The notes beneath the pieces are model-generated. The model was not told the origin of the DNA. It saw nothing but the letters and a program-made list of their open reading frames with translations, and did not search any database. DNA of 64,000 nucleotides from Dehalococcoidia bacterium (GTDB lineage: Bacteria > Chloroflexota > Dehalococcoidia > Bin125). Position numbers and translations under genes: made by a program. Shown here one piece after another: positions 1-9,257 of the stretch (position 1 is its first letter; each line of letters starts with the position of its first letter). The stretch covers positions 1,649,613-1,713,612 of the forward strand of contig OZ242034.1 in NCBI GenBank assembly GCA_965205105.1, given 5' to 3'.

Positions 1-1021
1 CCGCCCGCCAGAAGGGGGTGAGCCAGTGATCGGCGAGCGGGCCCAGCAGCGCCGGGGCCGCCATCCCCAGCATCGTCACCTGGAGCGCCGTGAACAGCGC
101 CACGATCGTCAGGCTGAGCCGCAGATCCGAGCTGAGATCGGAGAGGCCGCCGGCGAGCGATCCGAGCAACAGCAGCGCCGACGCCGGCAGCAACTCCATG
201 CGATTGCGGCGAAACGCGAGCACGGTCACCAGCCATCCGACGAGCAGCGGCATCCAGTCGAACGCGTACTCGGGCGTGGCGCCGGCCAACCAGAGGATGC
301 TGATGCCCGTAGCCAGCGAGGCGCCCAACCGCGCCCAGGGCGCCGCGTCCGCGTCGAGCAGCCGGCTGGGATGCAGCATCGCAATCTGCGCCGCAACGCC
401 GACCGCGCTCACCGCCGCGAACGCGCCCCACAGCTCCCAGCCGACGACCCAGCCGGACCCGCCCTCGAAGCTGAACACGTGCAGGGTGGTGTCCTGCACG
501 GCGATCGAATAGGGCAGGAGCGCGAACGCGAGAGCGGCCAGGAAGGTCGCCAGACGCGAGCGAACCAGGCGCGCCATCGACCCGCCGGCAGCCAACACGC
601 AAAGGCAGATCAACGCGAAGCCAAGCTCGTACTGGTCGCCGCCAATCTGATCGAGCCCGAAACCGAGCGCCACGGTCAGCAGGATGACTGCGCTGGCCGC
701 GAACCCGTCGGCGAGCGCGGAATATCCGAACCGCCAGGTGAAACGCGCCAGCAGCGCCGACGCCAGCCCCGTGCAGATCGGCAGGACCACGATCGCCAGA
801 TCGTTCGTATCCATCAGCCCGACCGCGAGCAACGCGCTCGCGAGCACGATCGACACGCCCAGGTAAGACAGCGCGTCGACCAGCCGGGCAGCCGGCGAAC
901 TCGCGTCCCGCCCCGCCTCCCAGGCGCGGATCTCAGCCGCGGTCGATTCGCTGAGCAGCCCGGCCTCGGCCCATCGATCGAGCGTCGATTCCCAGTCGCG
1001 CCGACCAAACCCGGATGCCAT
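1..1021 (-). CDS. integral membrane protein, DUF2157-like (3' end cut by window edge)
   Basis: Absent from the ORF track because it is open at the window edge. My manual minus-strand translation from ATG 1021..1019 gives MASGFGRRDWESTLDRWAEAGLLSESTAAEIRAWEAGRDASSPAARLVDALSYLGVSIVLASALLAVGL..., followed by successive hydrophobic segments with no stop down to nt 1. The family name is from memory. Confidence 0.55.
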   Translation of the reverse strand, partial: MASGFGRRDWESTLDRWAEAGLLSESTAAEIRAWEAGRDASSPAARLVDALSYLGVSIVLASALLAVGLMDTNDLAIVVLPICTGLASALLARFTWRFGYSALADGFAASAVILLTVALGFGLDQIGGDQYELGFALICLCVLAAGGSMARLVRSRLATFLAALAFALLPYSIAVQDTTLHVFSFEGGSGWVVGWELWGAFAAVSAVGVAAQIAMLHPSRLLDADAAPWARLGASLATGISILWLAGATPEYAFDWMPLLVGWLVTVLAFRRNRMELLPASALLLLGSLAGGLSDLSSDLRLSLTIVALFTALQVTMLGMAAPALLGPLADHWLTPFWRA

Positions 1022-1063
1022 CCCGCGCCGCCTCCCACGCTGCGCTCAGCATAAAGTGACGCT

Positions 1064-2548
1064 ATGCCGATTAACGATCCGCACAGTGAGGACGCACACG
1101 GCAAAACGGCGCCAGGCGAGATCATCGCCAGCGAAATCGTGCGCGCCTACGACATCCGCGGCACGACGCCCGATCAGGTCAATCCTGAGGTCGCCGAGCA
1201 CATCGGCGCGTCGTTCGCGCAATGGCTGCGCGAGCGCGGCGCCGCGGCGATGGTCGTGGGGCGCGACACGCGCGCCACCTCCGCTGAACTCTACGAAGCG
1301 GCGATCGCCGGGGCGCTCACAACCGGCATCGACGTGTTCGCCGCGGGACTCGCGCCCACGCCCGTGATCGGCTGGAACATCGATCGCGCAGCGCACGGCG
1401 GCGGCCTGATCGTGACCGCCAGCCACAACCCGCCGCAGTTCAACGGCTTCAAGCTGCTGGCCGAGTCGGCGGAGCCGCTGCTGCCGGAAGACATTCGGCA
1501 CGCTGTCGGCCATGCGCCGCGCAAGCAATTGCTGCGCGGATCCCGCCGCGAGCTGGACGCGATCACGCCCTATCTCGACCTCCTTCGGCAGCGCTTCGGC
1601 CGCAGCGCCGACCTCAGGCTGGCGATCGACTGCGGCAACGGCGCGGCCTCGCAGACCGCGCCGCAGGCGCTGCTCGACGCCGGCGCGCGCGTCCACGCCA
1701 TCCGAACCACCGCCCGCCCGACGCCGCGCCTCGCGGCCGACCCGCAGAATCCCGAGACGATGCGGGACCTGGCGCGCGTCGTGCGAACGCTCGACGCCGA
1801 TCTCGGGATCGCCTGGGATGGCGACGGCGACCGCATCGGAGCGCTCGATCATCTCGGCCGGCGCTACGAAGCCGATTGGCTGACGGCCGTGCTGGCGCGT
1901 CCGATGCTCGCCCGACGACGCGGAGCCCCGGTATTGCTGGACCTGAAGACGAGCAGCAGCGCCATCGAGGACGTGCGCCGCCGCGGCGGACAGCCGTTGA
2001 CCGCCAAGACCGGCTACTCGTTCTTTCGGCGCATGATGCGCGAGCAGCGAATCGCGTTTGGCGGCGAGACGAGCGGACACATCATGTTCGGCCCCGACTA
2101 TCGCGCGGGCGAGGACGCACCCTGGATCGACGACGGCGTCTACGCCGCCTGCGCGCTCGCCGCCTGGCTCAGCGCGTCCGGACGCACGCTGGCCGAGGAA
2201 ATGTCCGAGATCGAAGCGCGACCGATCTCGCCGGAACTGCGCCTGCCCTGCCCCGACGACGACAAGACGCGCATCGCCAACGCGCTTGGCGACTGGTTTG
2301 CGCAGCGCAACCCCAACGCCGACATCGACCGCTCCGACGGCGCGCGCGTGCAGCTGCCCGACGGTTGGCTGCACGCCCGCGCGTCCAACACCGCGCCGGC
2401 GCTCAGCCTGCGCTTCGAGAGCGACACCGAGTCAGGCTACGCGCGACTGGCCGAGCAACTCGCCGCCGCCCTCCAGCTCCACCCGCAGATCGCCGGACTC
2501 GAGCAACTCAACGATCCGCCGATCATCGGCCCGCAGACACTCGTCTGA
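1064..2548 (+). CDS. phosphomannomutase/phosphoglucomutase (alpha-D-phosphohexomutase family)
   Basis: 494 aa. Has the catalytic-serine loop TASHNPPQFNGFK and the metal loop GIAWDGDGDR. The N-terminus IVRAYDIRG is typical of the family. Confidence 0.9.
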   Translation: MPINDPHSEDAHGKTAPGEIIASEIVRAYDIRGTTPDQVNPEVAEHIGASFAQWLRERGAAAMVVGRDTRATSAELYEAAIAGALTTGIDVFAAGLAPTPVIGWNIDRAAHGGGLIVTASHNPPQFNGFKLLAESAEPLLPEDIRHAVGHAPRKQLLRGSRRELDAITPYLDLLRQRFGRSADLRLAIDCGNGAASQTAPQALLDAGARVHAIRTTARPTPRLAADPQNPETMRDLARVVRTLDADLGIAWDGDGDRIGALDHLGRRYEADWLTAVLARPMLARRRGAPVLLDLKTSSSAIEDVRRRGGQPLTAKTGYSFFRRMMREQRIAFGGETSGHIMFGPDYRAGEDAPWIDDGVYAACALAAWLSASGRTLAEEMSEIEARPISPELRLPCPDDDKTRIANALGDWFAQRNPNADIDRSDGARVQLPDGWLHARASNTAPALSLRFESDTESGYARLAEQLAAALQLHPQIAGLEQLNDPPIIGPQTLV

Positions 2549-2579
2549 ACGAGATCACCTGACGAACGGCTGTGGATCG

Positions 2580-4052
2580 ATGCAGCGGAGCCGCATTCGA
2601 CGAGCGATTTTCCGCGCCTATGACATCCGCGGCCGCGCCCAAGGCGCGGATCCGCCGCTGACGCCCGCGCTCGCCCGGCGGATCGGGCAAGCCTACGCGG
2701 AACACATCGCCCCGACCCGGCAGGTGGTGATCGGCGGCGACCAGCGCGTGACCACGCCGGCGCTCAAGCAAGCGGTCATCGCCGGGCTGATCGCTTCGGG
2801 CGTCGATGTCATCGATGTCGGACGCGCGCCCTCGCCGCTGGCCTACTGGTCGACGGCGCTGCGGCAGATCGAGCGTCCGACCGGCGGGATCGTGATCACC
2901 GCCTCGCACAACCCGCCCACCGACAACGGGATCAAACTGCTCGAAGCAGGCGGCATGCCGCTGCTCCCCGAGTCGATCCAGTGGATCGCCGATCGCATCG
3001 AGCAGCGCCTCGATCAAGACGCGCCGCCCGCGAGCAACACCGGCAGCCGCGCCGCCTGGGATCCCAAACCCGAGTACCTGCGCGAGTTGGGCGGCGCGCA
3101 TCGGCTGCGCCGGCGGCTGACCGTCGCGATCGATCCCGGTAATGGGATCACGTCGGTCACCGCCGCGCGCGCGCTGACCGCGATCGGCGCGGATGTCCTC
3201 GCGATCAACGACGACCCCAACCTCCCGCCGGCCCATCCGGCCGACCCGCAGCATCCTGAAAACGTCGCGCAGCTGGCCGATTTCGTCCAGCGCTCGGGCG
3301 CGGACCTCGGATTCGCCTTCGACGGCGACGGCGACCGGCTGGGGTTGGTCGACGGCCGCGGCCGCCGGGCGACGCCGGACCAGGCGCTCGCCATCCTGGC
3401 GCAGGAATGGCTGCGCGCGCACCCAGGCGCCGAAATCCATCTCGACGTGAAGACCTCCCAGGCGGTCGTTGACCATGTCCGACGGCTCGGCGGACGCGCC
3501 CGCTTCGGACCGGTGGGCCATTCGCTGGGCAAGTATTCGATGCAGGCGCACGGGATCGACTTCGGCGGCGAGGGATCGACGCACTACTTCTACCGTCTCG
3601 ACCACCCGCCGCAGATCAGCGACGACGCCGTGCGCACCGCCTGTCGACTGGCGCAATTCGCCTCGGAAACCAACCTTGAGGCCCTGCTCGACCGCGTGCC
3701 TCGCTACTACAACTCGCAGGAGGTCAAAGTGCCGTGCCCCGACGAGCGCAAACACGCGGCCGCCGCGCGCATCGCCGAGGACGCCAGGCGGCAGTGGCCC
3801 GTGAACGACATCGACGGCGCGCGCATCGACCTCTCAACTCAAGCCGGCGGCGATCAGGACAGCGCCCCGGACAGCGCCCCAGACAACGCATGGTGCCTGG
3901 TTCGCGCCTCGAACACCACGCCCTGCCTGACCGTCGTGGTCGAAGGCCGAACCCGTGCCGACTACAAAATAGCCAGAGACATCGCTGGCCGCCTGCTGCG
4001 CGAGCAGGGACTCGATCCGACCCCGCTGCTCAACCAACCGCCGCTGCGCTGA
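2580..4052 (+). CDS. phosphomannomutase/phosphoglucomutase paralogue
   Basis: The track ORF 2058..4052 overlaps the upstream gene. The internal ATG at 2580 gives MQRSRIRRAIFRAYDIRG.... Motifs are TASHNPPTDNGIK and GFAFDGDGDR. Confidence 0.85.
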   Translation: MQRSRIRRAIFRAYDIRGRAQGADPPLTPALARRIGQAYAEHIAPTRQVVIGGDQRVTTPALKQAVIAGLIASGVDVIDVGRAPSPLAYWSTALRQIERPTGGIVITASHNPPTDNGIKLLEAGGMPLLPESIQWIADRIEQRLDQDAPPASNTGSRAAWDPKPEYLRELGGAHRLRRRLTVAIDPGNGITSVTAARALTAIGADVLAINDDPNLPPAHPADPQHPENVAQLADFVQRSGADLGFAFDGDGDRLGLVDGRGRRATPDQALAILAQEWLRAHPGAEIHLDVKTSQAVVDHVRRLGGRARFGPVGHSLGKYSMQAHGIDFGGEGSTHYFYRLDHPPQISDDAVRTACRLAQFASETNLEALLDRVPRYYNSQEVKVPCPDERKHAAAARIAEDARRQWPVNDIDGARIDLSTQAGGDQDSAPDSAPDNAWCLVRASNTTPCLTVVVEGRTRADYKIARDIAGRLLREQGLDPTPLLNQPPLR

Positions 4053-5106
4053 GATCGGGCGTCGGCAGCTCGAACGCGTCCGCCAGTAGCTGGTAGGAAC
4101 GCATGCGCGCGGCGAATTCGTAAGTGATCGTCAGAACGATCAGCTCGTCCACCCCGTATGCGCTCGCGATTTGCTCCAGCCGCTCGCGCACCCGCTGCGG
4201 CGAGCCGTGAATGCTGCGCTGCTGCATGTAGGCGATGTAATCGAGCTCGGGCTGCGAGTAGGGAAAGTTGAGCGCCTCATCGACGGACGGAATCCCGCCG
4301 CGCGCGCCGCGATTGCCTTTGATCCGCCAGCACCAGCGGCTCCAGCACAGCTGCTCCGCTTCCTCGTCGGTCTCGGCCACGGTGACGGAGACGCCGAGCG
4401 AGGCGCGCGGCTCGGCGCTGACCGGCGAGGGCTGAAACCGCTCCCGATACTTGCGCACCACCTGCTCGCCGCCCTCGGGCGAGATGAAATGCGCGAAACA
4501 GTGCGACCAGCCCAGCTCGGCGGCGACGTGACCGCCGTAATGGGACGAACCCAGCAGCCACAGCTCCGGCATCGGCGCGTCCGGCGGCGAGGCGCGCACC
4601 TCGCGGTACTGATGATCGCCGGGCAGATCGTCGGCCAACCAGCCGTACAGGTCGAGCAGCTGCTCGGGGAAATGATCGATGCCCAGCGCGCCCGGTCCAT
4701 GCACGAGCGCTCGCGCGGTGCGTCCGTCCGAACCCGGCGCGCGGCCGACGCCCAAGTCGATCCGACCGGGAAACTGCGTCGTGATCGTGCGAAAGTTCTC
4801 CGCCACCTTGAGCGAGCTGTAGTGCGGCAGCATGACGCCGCCCGATCCGACCCGGATCGTCGAGGTGCGCGCGGCGACTTGCGGAATCAGGATCTCGGGC
4901 GAGGCGCAGGCGAGCGAGCCGGCGTTATGGTGCTCAGCCAGCCAGTAGCGGGAATATCCCAGCCGATCGCAGTGCTGCGCCAACTCGAAGGTCTCGGAGA
5001 TCGCCGTCGCCGCCGTGCCGCCCTCGCGGATCGGGATCTGATCGAGCACGCCCAGGTGAATGCCGCGCGCCCGGCCTCCGTACATGCCGTCATCGCCGTC
5101 ACCCAT
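4030..5106 (-). CDS. LLM-class (luciferase-like) flavin-dependent oxidoreductase
   Basis: 358 aa. Contains LGVLDQIPIREGGTAATAISETFELAQHCDRLGYSRYWLAEHHN, typical of the luciferase-family oxidoreductase group. Its 3' end overlaps the convergent gene by 23 nt. Confidence 0.85.
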   Translation of the reverse strand: MGDGDDGMYGGRARGIHLGVLDQIPIREGGTAATAISETFELAQHCDRLGYSRYWLAEHHNAGSLACASPEILIPQVAARTSTIRVGSGGVMLPHYSSLKVAENFRTITTQFPGRIDLGVGRAPGSDGRTARALVHGPGALGIDHFPEQLLDLYGWLADDLPGDHQYREVRASPPDAPMPELWLLGSSHYGGHVAAELGWSHCFAHFISPEGGEQVVRKYRERFQPSPVSAEPRASLGVSVTVAETDEEAEQLCWSRWCWRIKGNRGARGGIPSVDEALNFPYSQPELDYIAYMQQRSIHGSPQRVRERLEQIASAYGVDELIVLTITYEFAARMRSYQLLADAFELPTPDLSAAAVG

Positions 5107-5205
5107 GCCGCCAGCCTACAACCGAACCGATATCCCAACCCGCGGCCTCGCGTAAGCTGAAGCGACACGCGGCGCGCCGCGCCGCAGCCGTGGAGTGCTC
5201 CCCCC

Positions 5206-6537
5206 ATGACAACGAAGACAACGAAGACGACGAAATCCCAGCCATCCGACGCCGCAATCTCGCCGCTCAGCAGCAGCGCCGCCGACGCCGCGCGCGAGGC
5301 GTGGAGCAGCTTTCCGGCGCTGCACACGGCCAACTCGGCCAACCAGGGGCTGAACGCCGGCACCGCCACCGCGTGGGGCCTGTCGGAGCGCTCGGCGCTG
5401 ACGCAGCTGCCGCCGATCTCGCTGGGCGGCGGCATCCCCGACGCCGATACGCAGCCGCGCGCGGAACTGCTCGCCGCCGTCGAGCGCGTGCTCAGCGAGC
5501 CGGGCGACGCGCCCCTGGTCTACGGCGGCCCCTTGGGATACGAGCCGCTGCGCGAGGAGGTCGCCCGCTTCTTCGCCCGCAATCACCCCGCCAGGCCCAA
5601 CGCCGACTGGTACCTGCTGACCAATGGCGCCGCCGGCGCGATCGAGTCGATCTGCGCCGCCTTCATCAACCCGAGCGACATCATCATCACCGAAATCCCC
5701 ACCTTCACCGGCTCGCTGCGCACGATGCGCGGCAAGCAGGCCCGAGTCGTCGGCGTCAGTATGGACGCGGAAGGACTGAAGCTGGACGAACTCGAAGCGA
5801 CCATCGATCGGCTCGAAGCGGCGGGCGAAACGGTCAAACTGATCTACACCCAGCCAACCTTCCACAATCCGACCGGGCTGACGACCTCGCTCCAGCGCCG
5901 GCTCGACCTGATCGAGGTCGCCGCTCGGCGCCGCGTCCTGCTGATGGAGGATCACGCCTACTCCGAGCTCTATTTCGACGAACCGCCGCCGCCCACCCTG
6001 TCGGAACTGACCGACGGCTGGGGTGTGCTCACCGTGGGGACGTTCTCCAAGGTCATCGCGACCGGCCTGCGGGTCGGCTGGGTGCAGGCGCGGCCGGACT
6101 GGATCCAGGCCATGGTCACGGCGCGCTTCGACATGGGGAACAGCCCGCTGCTGCACCGGATGCTGCACGAGTACATGGTGCGCGGCGATTTCGAGGCGCA
6201 TGTCGAGCGGATGCGGCAGCTCTATGCGCGAAAGATGCAAACGCTGAGCGCCACGCTGGAACCCTTCGGCGAGCCGTACTTCGACGTCGACCAACCGACG
6301 GGCGGCTTCTTCCTCTGGCTCAGGCTGCGCCAGGGGCTGGTCGGCGACCAGGTTCGCGATTTCGCCGCCGAAGACGGGCTGACGTTCCCGTCGGGCAACC
6401 GCTTCTACCCCGCCAACGACCCCGGCGGCGACGGCGAGTCGCTGCGCCTCTCCTACTCCTGGCCGCGCCTGGAGGCGCTGGAAGCGGCCGCCGAACGGCT
6501 GGGGCGCGCCTTCCACCGAGCGGCCAGCGGCGGATAA
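5206..6537 (+). CDS. PLP-dependent aminotransferase (class I/II fold)
   Basis: 443 aa. TFSKVIATGLRVGW supplies the PLP-lysine context, with an overall aminotransferase layout. The start is uncertain because the N-terminus is a TTKTTKTTK repeat. Confidence 0.8.
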   Translation: MTTKTTKTTKSQPSDAAISPLSSSAADAAREAWSSFPALHTANSANQGLNAGTATAWGLSERSALTQLPPISLGGGIPDADTQPRAELLAAVERVLSEPGDAPLVYGGPLGYEPLREEVARFFARNHPARPNADWYLLTNGAAGAIESICAAFINPSDIIITEIPTFTGSLRTMRGKQARVVGVSMDAEGLKLDELEATIDRLEAAGETVKLIYTQPTFHNPTGLTTSLQRRLDLIEVAARRRVLLMEDHAYSELYFDEPPPPTLSELTDGWGVLTVGTFSKVIATGLRVGWVQARPDWIQAMVTARFDMGNSPLLHRMLHEYMVRGDFEAHVERMRQLYARKMQTLSATLEPFGEPYFDVDQPTGGFFLWLRLRQGLVGDQVRDFAAEDGLTFPSGNRFYPANDPGGDGESLRLSYSWPRLEALEAAAERLGRAFHRAASGG

Positions 6538-6549
6538 CGGCGGAACACG

Positions 6550-7269
6550 TTGCCCTGCGGCAAGCCAACCGAGCGGCGCGCGTCCATCGACGGCCGCCAG
6601 ATCACCTACGACCTGCACCGCAGCCATCGTCGGCGCAAGAGCATCAGCCTGGTCGTGGACGACAACCGTCTGCGCGTGCTCGCGCCCAGTCGAACGACGC
6701 TGCCCCAGATCGACGAAGTGGTGCGCAAGAAGGCGGACTGGATCGCTGAGCGGCTCGACGCGCCGCCCACGCCGCGGCTTCGCGATCAGCTCCGTCCCGG
6801 CGGACGGCTGCCGCTCCTGGGCGAGCAGCTCCCGGTGCGCGCCGGCGCGGCGCGCTTCCAGTTCCACGACGATCCGTCCGATCGCTCGGCGCGGCATTTC
6901 AGCGTCGATCCGCATTCCGCACAGGCCGCCGAGCAGGCGGAACGATGGTTTCGCTCAGCCGCGCGGGAGCGATTCAGCGCCCGCGTCGCATGCTGGTCGG
7001 AGCGGGTCGGCGCGCGACCCGCGCGAATCCAGATCCGCGATCAGAAAACGCGCTGGGGCAGCGCCTCATCAAACGGCACGCTGAGCTTCAACTGGCGTCT
7101 GATCTTCGCTCAGCCGGAGATCATCGACTACGTCGTGGTGCACGAGCTCTGTCACCTGATCGAACCGAACCACAGCCCCGCCTACTGGGCTCTGGTCGAG
7201 CGAATCATGCCCGACGCCCAGCACTGGCGGCGACGCCTGAAAGCAATCGGCGACACCCTGACGTGGTGA
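6550..7269 (+). CDS. YgjP/DUF45-type M48-like zinc metallopeptidase
   Basis: 239 aa with a TTG start. Has the HExxH motif HELCHLIEPNHS near the C-terminus and WGSASSNGTLSFNWRLI, typical of the YgjP family. Confidence 0.8.
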   Translation: MPCGKPTERRASIDGRQITYDLHRSHRRRKSISLVVDDNRLRVLAPSRTTLPQIDEVVRKKADWIAERLDAPPTPRLRDQLRPGGRLPLLGEQLPVRAGAARFQFHDDPSDRSARHFSVDPHSAQAAEQAERWFRSAARERFSARVACWSERVGARPARIQIRDQKTRWGSASSNGTLSFNWRLIFAQPEIIDYVVVHELCHLIEPNHSPAYWALVERIMPDAQHWRRRLKAIGDTLTW

Positions 7270-7336
7270 GCGCGATGGCTCGAATTCTGCAGAACTGCTG
7301 ATACGGTTTCCGTACCGGACACGCGTGGATACGAGA

Positions 7337-7912
7337 TCAGGACAATAACCGCCGTTTCGCTTGCTGGAACTCGGCATCGTCCAAGGCACCGGATTGCCAA
7401 AGGTCAGTCAGGCGTTCCAACTCGTCGAGCCACATCGGCTCTTGTGGCACATCGAATTCAGGAATCTCGATCTGGTCTTGAAAAGAGGAAACCATGCGCC
7501 ACGAATCAAACTGGTCAACGAAATACTGACCAAAGCTGTCCATTCGATCCTTATCCATGCAATTGAAGTGAAGCTCCTCTTTGCCCCGCCAGATGTCCAG
7601 CCGCCCGAACATGCGAGTGCGCCTGTACCCGTCGAACACCAGCTCATCGAATGGGATGATATCCAGCTCGAAGCGACCTCGTCTGTGCTTGAACGCCACA
7701 ATGAGTCTCTGATCGGTCAGCGCGAGCAGACAGTTGCGATTCTTCGCGCCATCCATAGCTTCTATAAATGTCAGCAAATCCTCATCAGGAAGGATTTCAT
7801 CGCGGATTGCGAGTAAGATCGTGAAATTGCGCTTCACATGATCGTTCGTTTCCGCCAGAATTTTTCGGTATTGATCATGCGACATCCGTTGCAGCGCCCA
7901 ACCGAGTGCCAT
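7337..7912 (-). CDS. hypothetical protein with C-terminal SHOCT-like tail (possible bacterial PH-like core)
   Basis: The track ORF 7337..8185 runs into the neighbouring LLM gene. The internal ATG at 7912 gives MALGWALQRMSHDQYRK.... The C-terminus LERLTDLWQSGALDDAEFQQAKRRLLS resembles SHOCT. The gene is low-GC (one 60-nt line counted at 43 %). Confidence 0.65.
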   Translation of the reverse strand: MALGWALQRMSHDQYRKILAETNDHVKRNFTILLAIRDEILPDEDLLTFIEAMDGAKNRNCLLALTDQRLIVAFKHRRGRFELDIIPFDELVFDGYRRTRMFGRLDIWRGKEELHFNCMDKDRMDSFGQYFVDQFDSWRMVSSFQDQIEIPEFDVPQEPMWLDELERLTDLWQSGALDDAEFQQAKRRLLS

Positions 7913-7952
7913 GGCGTCAATTCCTCGTCTGATGATAAAGAGGTGAGTGGAC

Positions 7953-9143
7953 TCAGTCCGAGGCGGCTTCGGCGGGGGGCTGGAGGAACTCGGGGACATC
8001 CTGGCCGGCGTCGCGGAAGGCCTTGGCCAGCACGTCGGTGCGACTGAACGAGACCGCGCCGCCGCCTGAGGCGACCCATTGCTGCGTGCCCTCGACCGAG
8101 GCCAACTGACCCTGGAACCTTGGCGCCACATAGCGGGCGAACAGCTCGTACGACTTGCGGATGCCGTCGCGGTTGGCCCACTCATGGGCGAGCATCATCA
8201 GACCGCCAAAGCCGCCCGAGTTCTCCTGCAGAATCTCGATCGCGTTGGCTGCGTCGTCGGGCGAACCGATGATCGCGCCGCCGGTCGCGACGGCGCCCTC
8301 GGGCGTCTCGGCCGTGCCGGGCAGGACGGCCTGCAGCGTGTCGCGGAAATAATCCAACTGCCAGGCGCGCCAACCCTCGCGGCACTCGGCGAAGGCCTGC
8401 TCGCGCGTCTCGGCGATGTACATCGGGATCACCAGCCGCCACTTGTTGCGGTCGACCACCTGTCCCTCGCGCTCGGCAACCTGCTCGACTTCGGCCCACT
8501 GGCCTTCCAGGTTCGAGCGTCCGCCGGGCAGGTACACGCCGATGCTCAGCATCCCCATCCCGTACCTGCCGGCCATCTGCCGACCGGCGGGCGAGACGGT
8601 CGAGGCGACCGCCATCTCGAAATGCGGTTTCGTGTACGGCGACAGCTGCAGCCGCGCGTCGGTCAGCTCGAACCAGTCCGTCTGCATGTTGACCGGACCG
8701 TCCTGCCTGAGCAGCGCCAGAATCGCGCGCAGCGACTCGTCCATGCGCTGACGCTGGAGCAGCGGGTCGATGCCCATCATCCTCGCGTCCGAGGAGAGCG
8801 CGCCCGGCCCGACGCCCATCATCACCCGACCGCGCGTCATGTGATCGAGCTGAATCATGCGGTCGACGACCATCAGCGGATGGTGATAGGGCAGCGAAAT
8901 CACGCCCGTGCCCAGGCGGATGCTGCGGGTGCGCTCGGCCGCGGCGGCGATGAAGACCTCCGGCGAGGCGATCAGCTCCCAGCCGGCCGAGTGATGCTCG
9001 CCGATCCAGGCTTCGTCGTAGCCCAGCTGATCGAGCCACTCGATCAGCTCGAGGTCGCGGTGGATCGCCAACGACGGGTTCTCGCCGACGCGGTGAAACG
9101 GGGCCATGAACACCCCAAAGTCCATCCGTCCGTCCGTTGCCAT
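7953..9143 (-). CDS. LLM-class flavin-dependent monooxygenase/oxidoreductase
   Basis: 396 aa. Contains FGVFMAPFHRVGENPSLAIHRDLELIEWLDQLGYDEAWIGEHHSAGWE, a luciferase-like signature. Confidence 0.85.
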   Translation of the reverse strand: MATDGRMDFGVFMAPFHRVGENPSLAIHRDLELIEWLDQLGYDEAWIGEHHSAGWELIASPEVFIAAAAERTRSIRLGTGVISLPYHHPLMVVDRMIQLDHMTRGRVMMGVGPGALSSDARMMGIDPLLQRQRMDESLRAILALLRQDGPVNMQTDWFELTDARLQLSPYTKPHFEMAVASTVSPAGRQMAGRYGMGMLSIGVYLPGGRSNLEGQWAEVEQVAEREGQVVDRNKWRLVIPMYIAETREQAFAECREGWRAWQLDYFRDTLQAVLPGTAETPEGAVATGGAIIGSPDDAANAIEILQENSGGFGGLMMLAHEWANRDGIRKSYELFARYVAPRFQGQLASVEGTQQWVASGGGAVSFSRTDVLAKAFRDAGQDVPEFLQPPAEAASD

Positions 9144-9257
9144 CTTGATCCCCTGTCGTGTTGCCCAACCCGCGGCCGGGCGGCGTTACCTTAACCGCGA
9201 GTGTAACCCGCGAGGATCACGATCAGCCCGATCAACGGGCGGCCGACAGGGAACGCG

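Noticed and set aside
26-1054. 342-aa plus-strand ORF at the window start
   Set aside because: Its composition is extremely Arg/Gln/Glu-rich and unlike a real protein. The opposite strand encodes a convincing multi-TM membrane protein that is open at the window edge.
5209-5235. Tandem 9-nt repeat (acaacgaag x2 plus acgacgaaa) encoding TTKTTKTTK at the annotated start of the aminotransferase
   Set aside because: It is short and lies in a region where the true start codon is uncertain. The real start may be downstream, making this 5' UTR. There is no evidence of function.
9144-9257. Direct repeat AACCGCGAG-tgt-AACCCGCGAG in the divergent promoter region between the LLM gene and the CoA-transferase gene
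   Set aside because: It is imperfect, short and GC-rich in a GC-rich genome, with no dyad symmetry. That is insufficient to call an operator.
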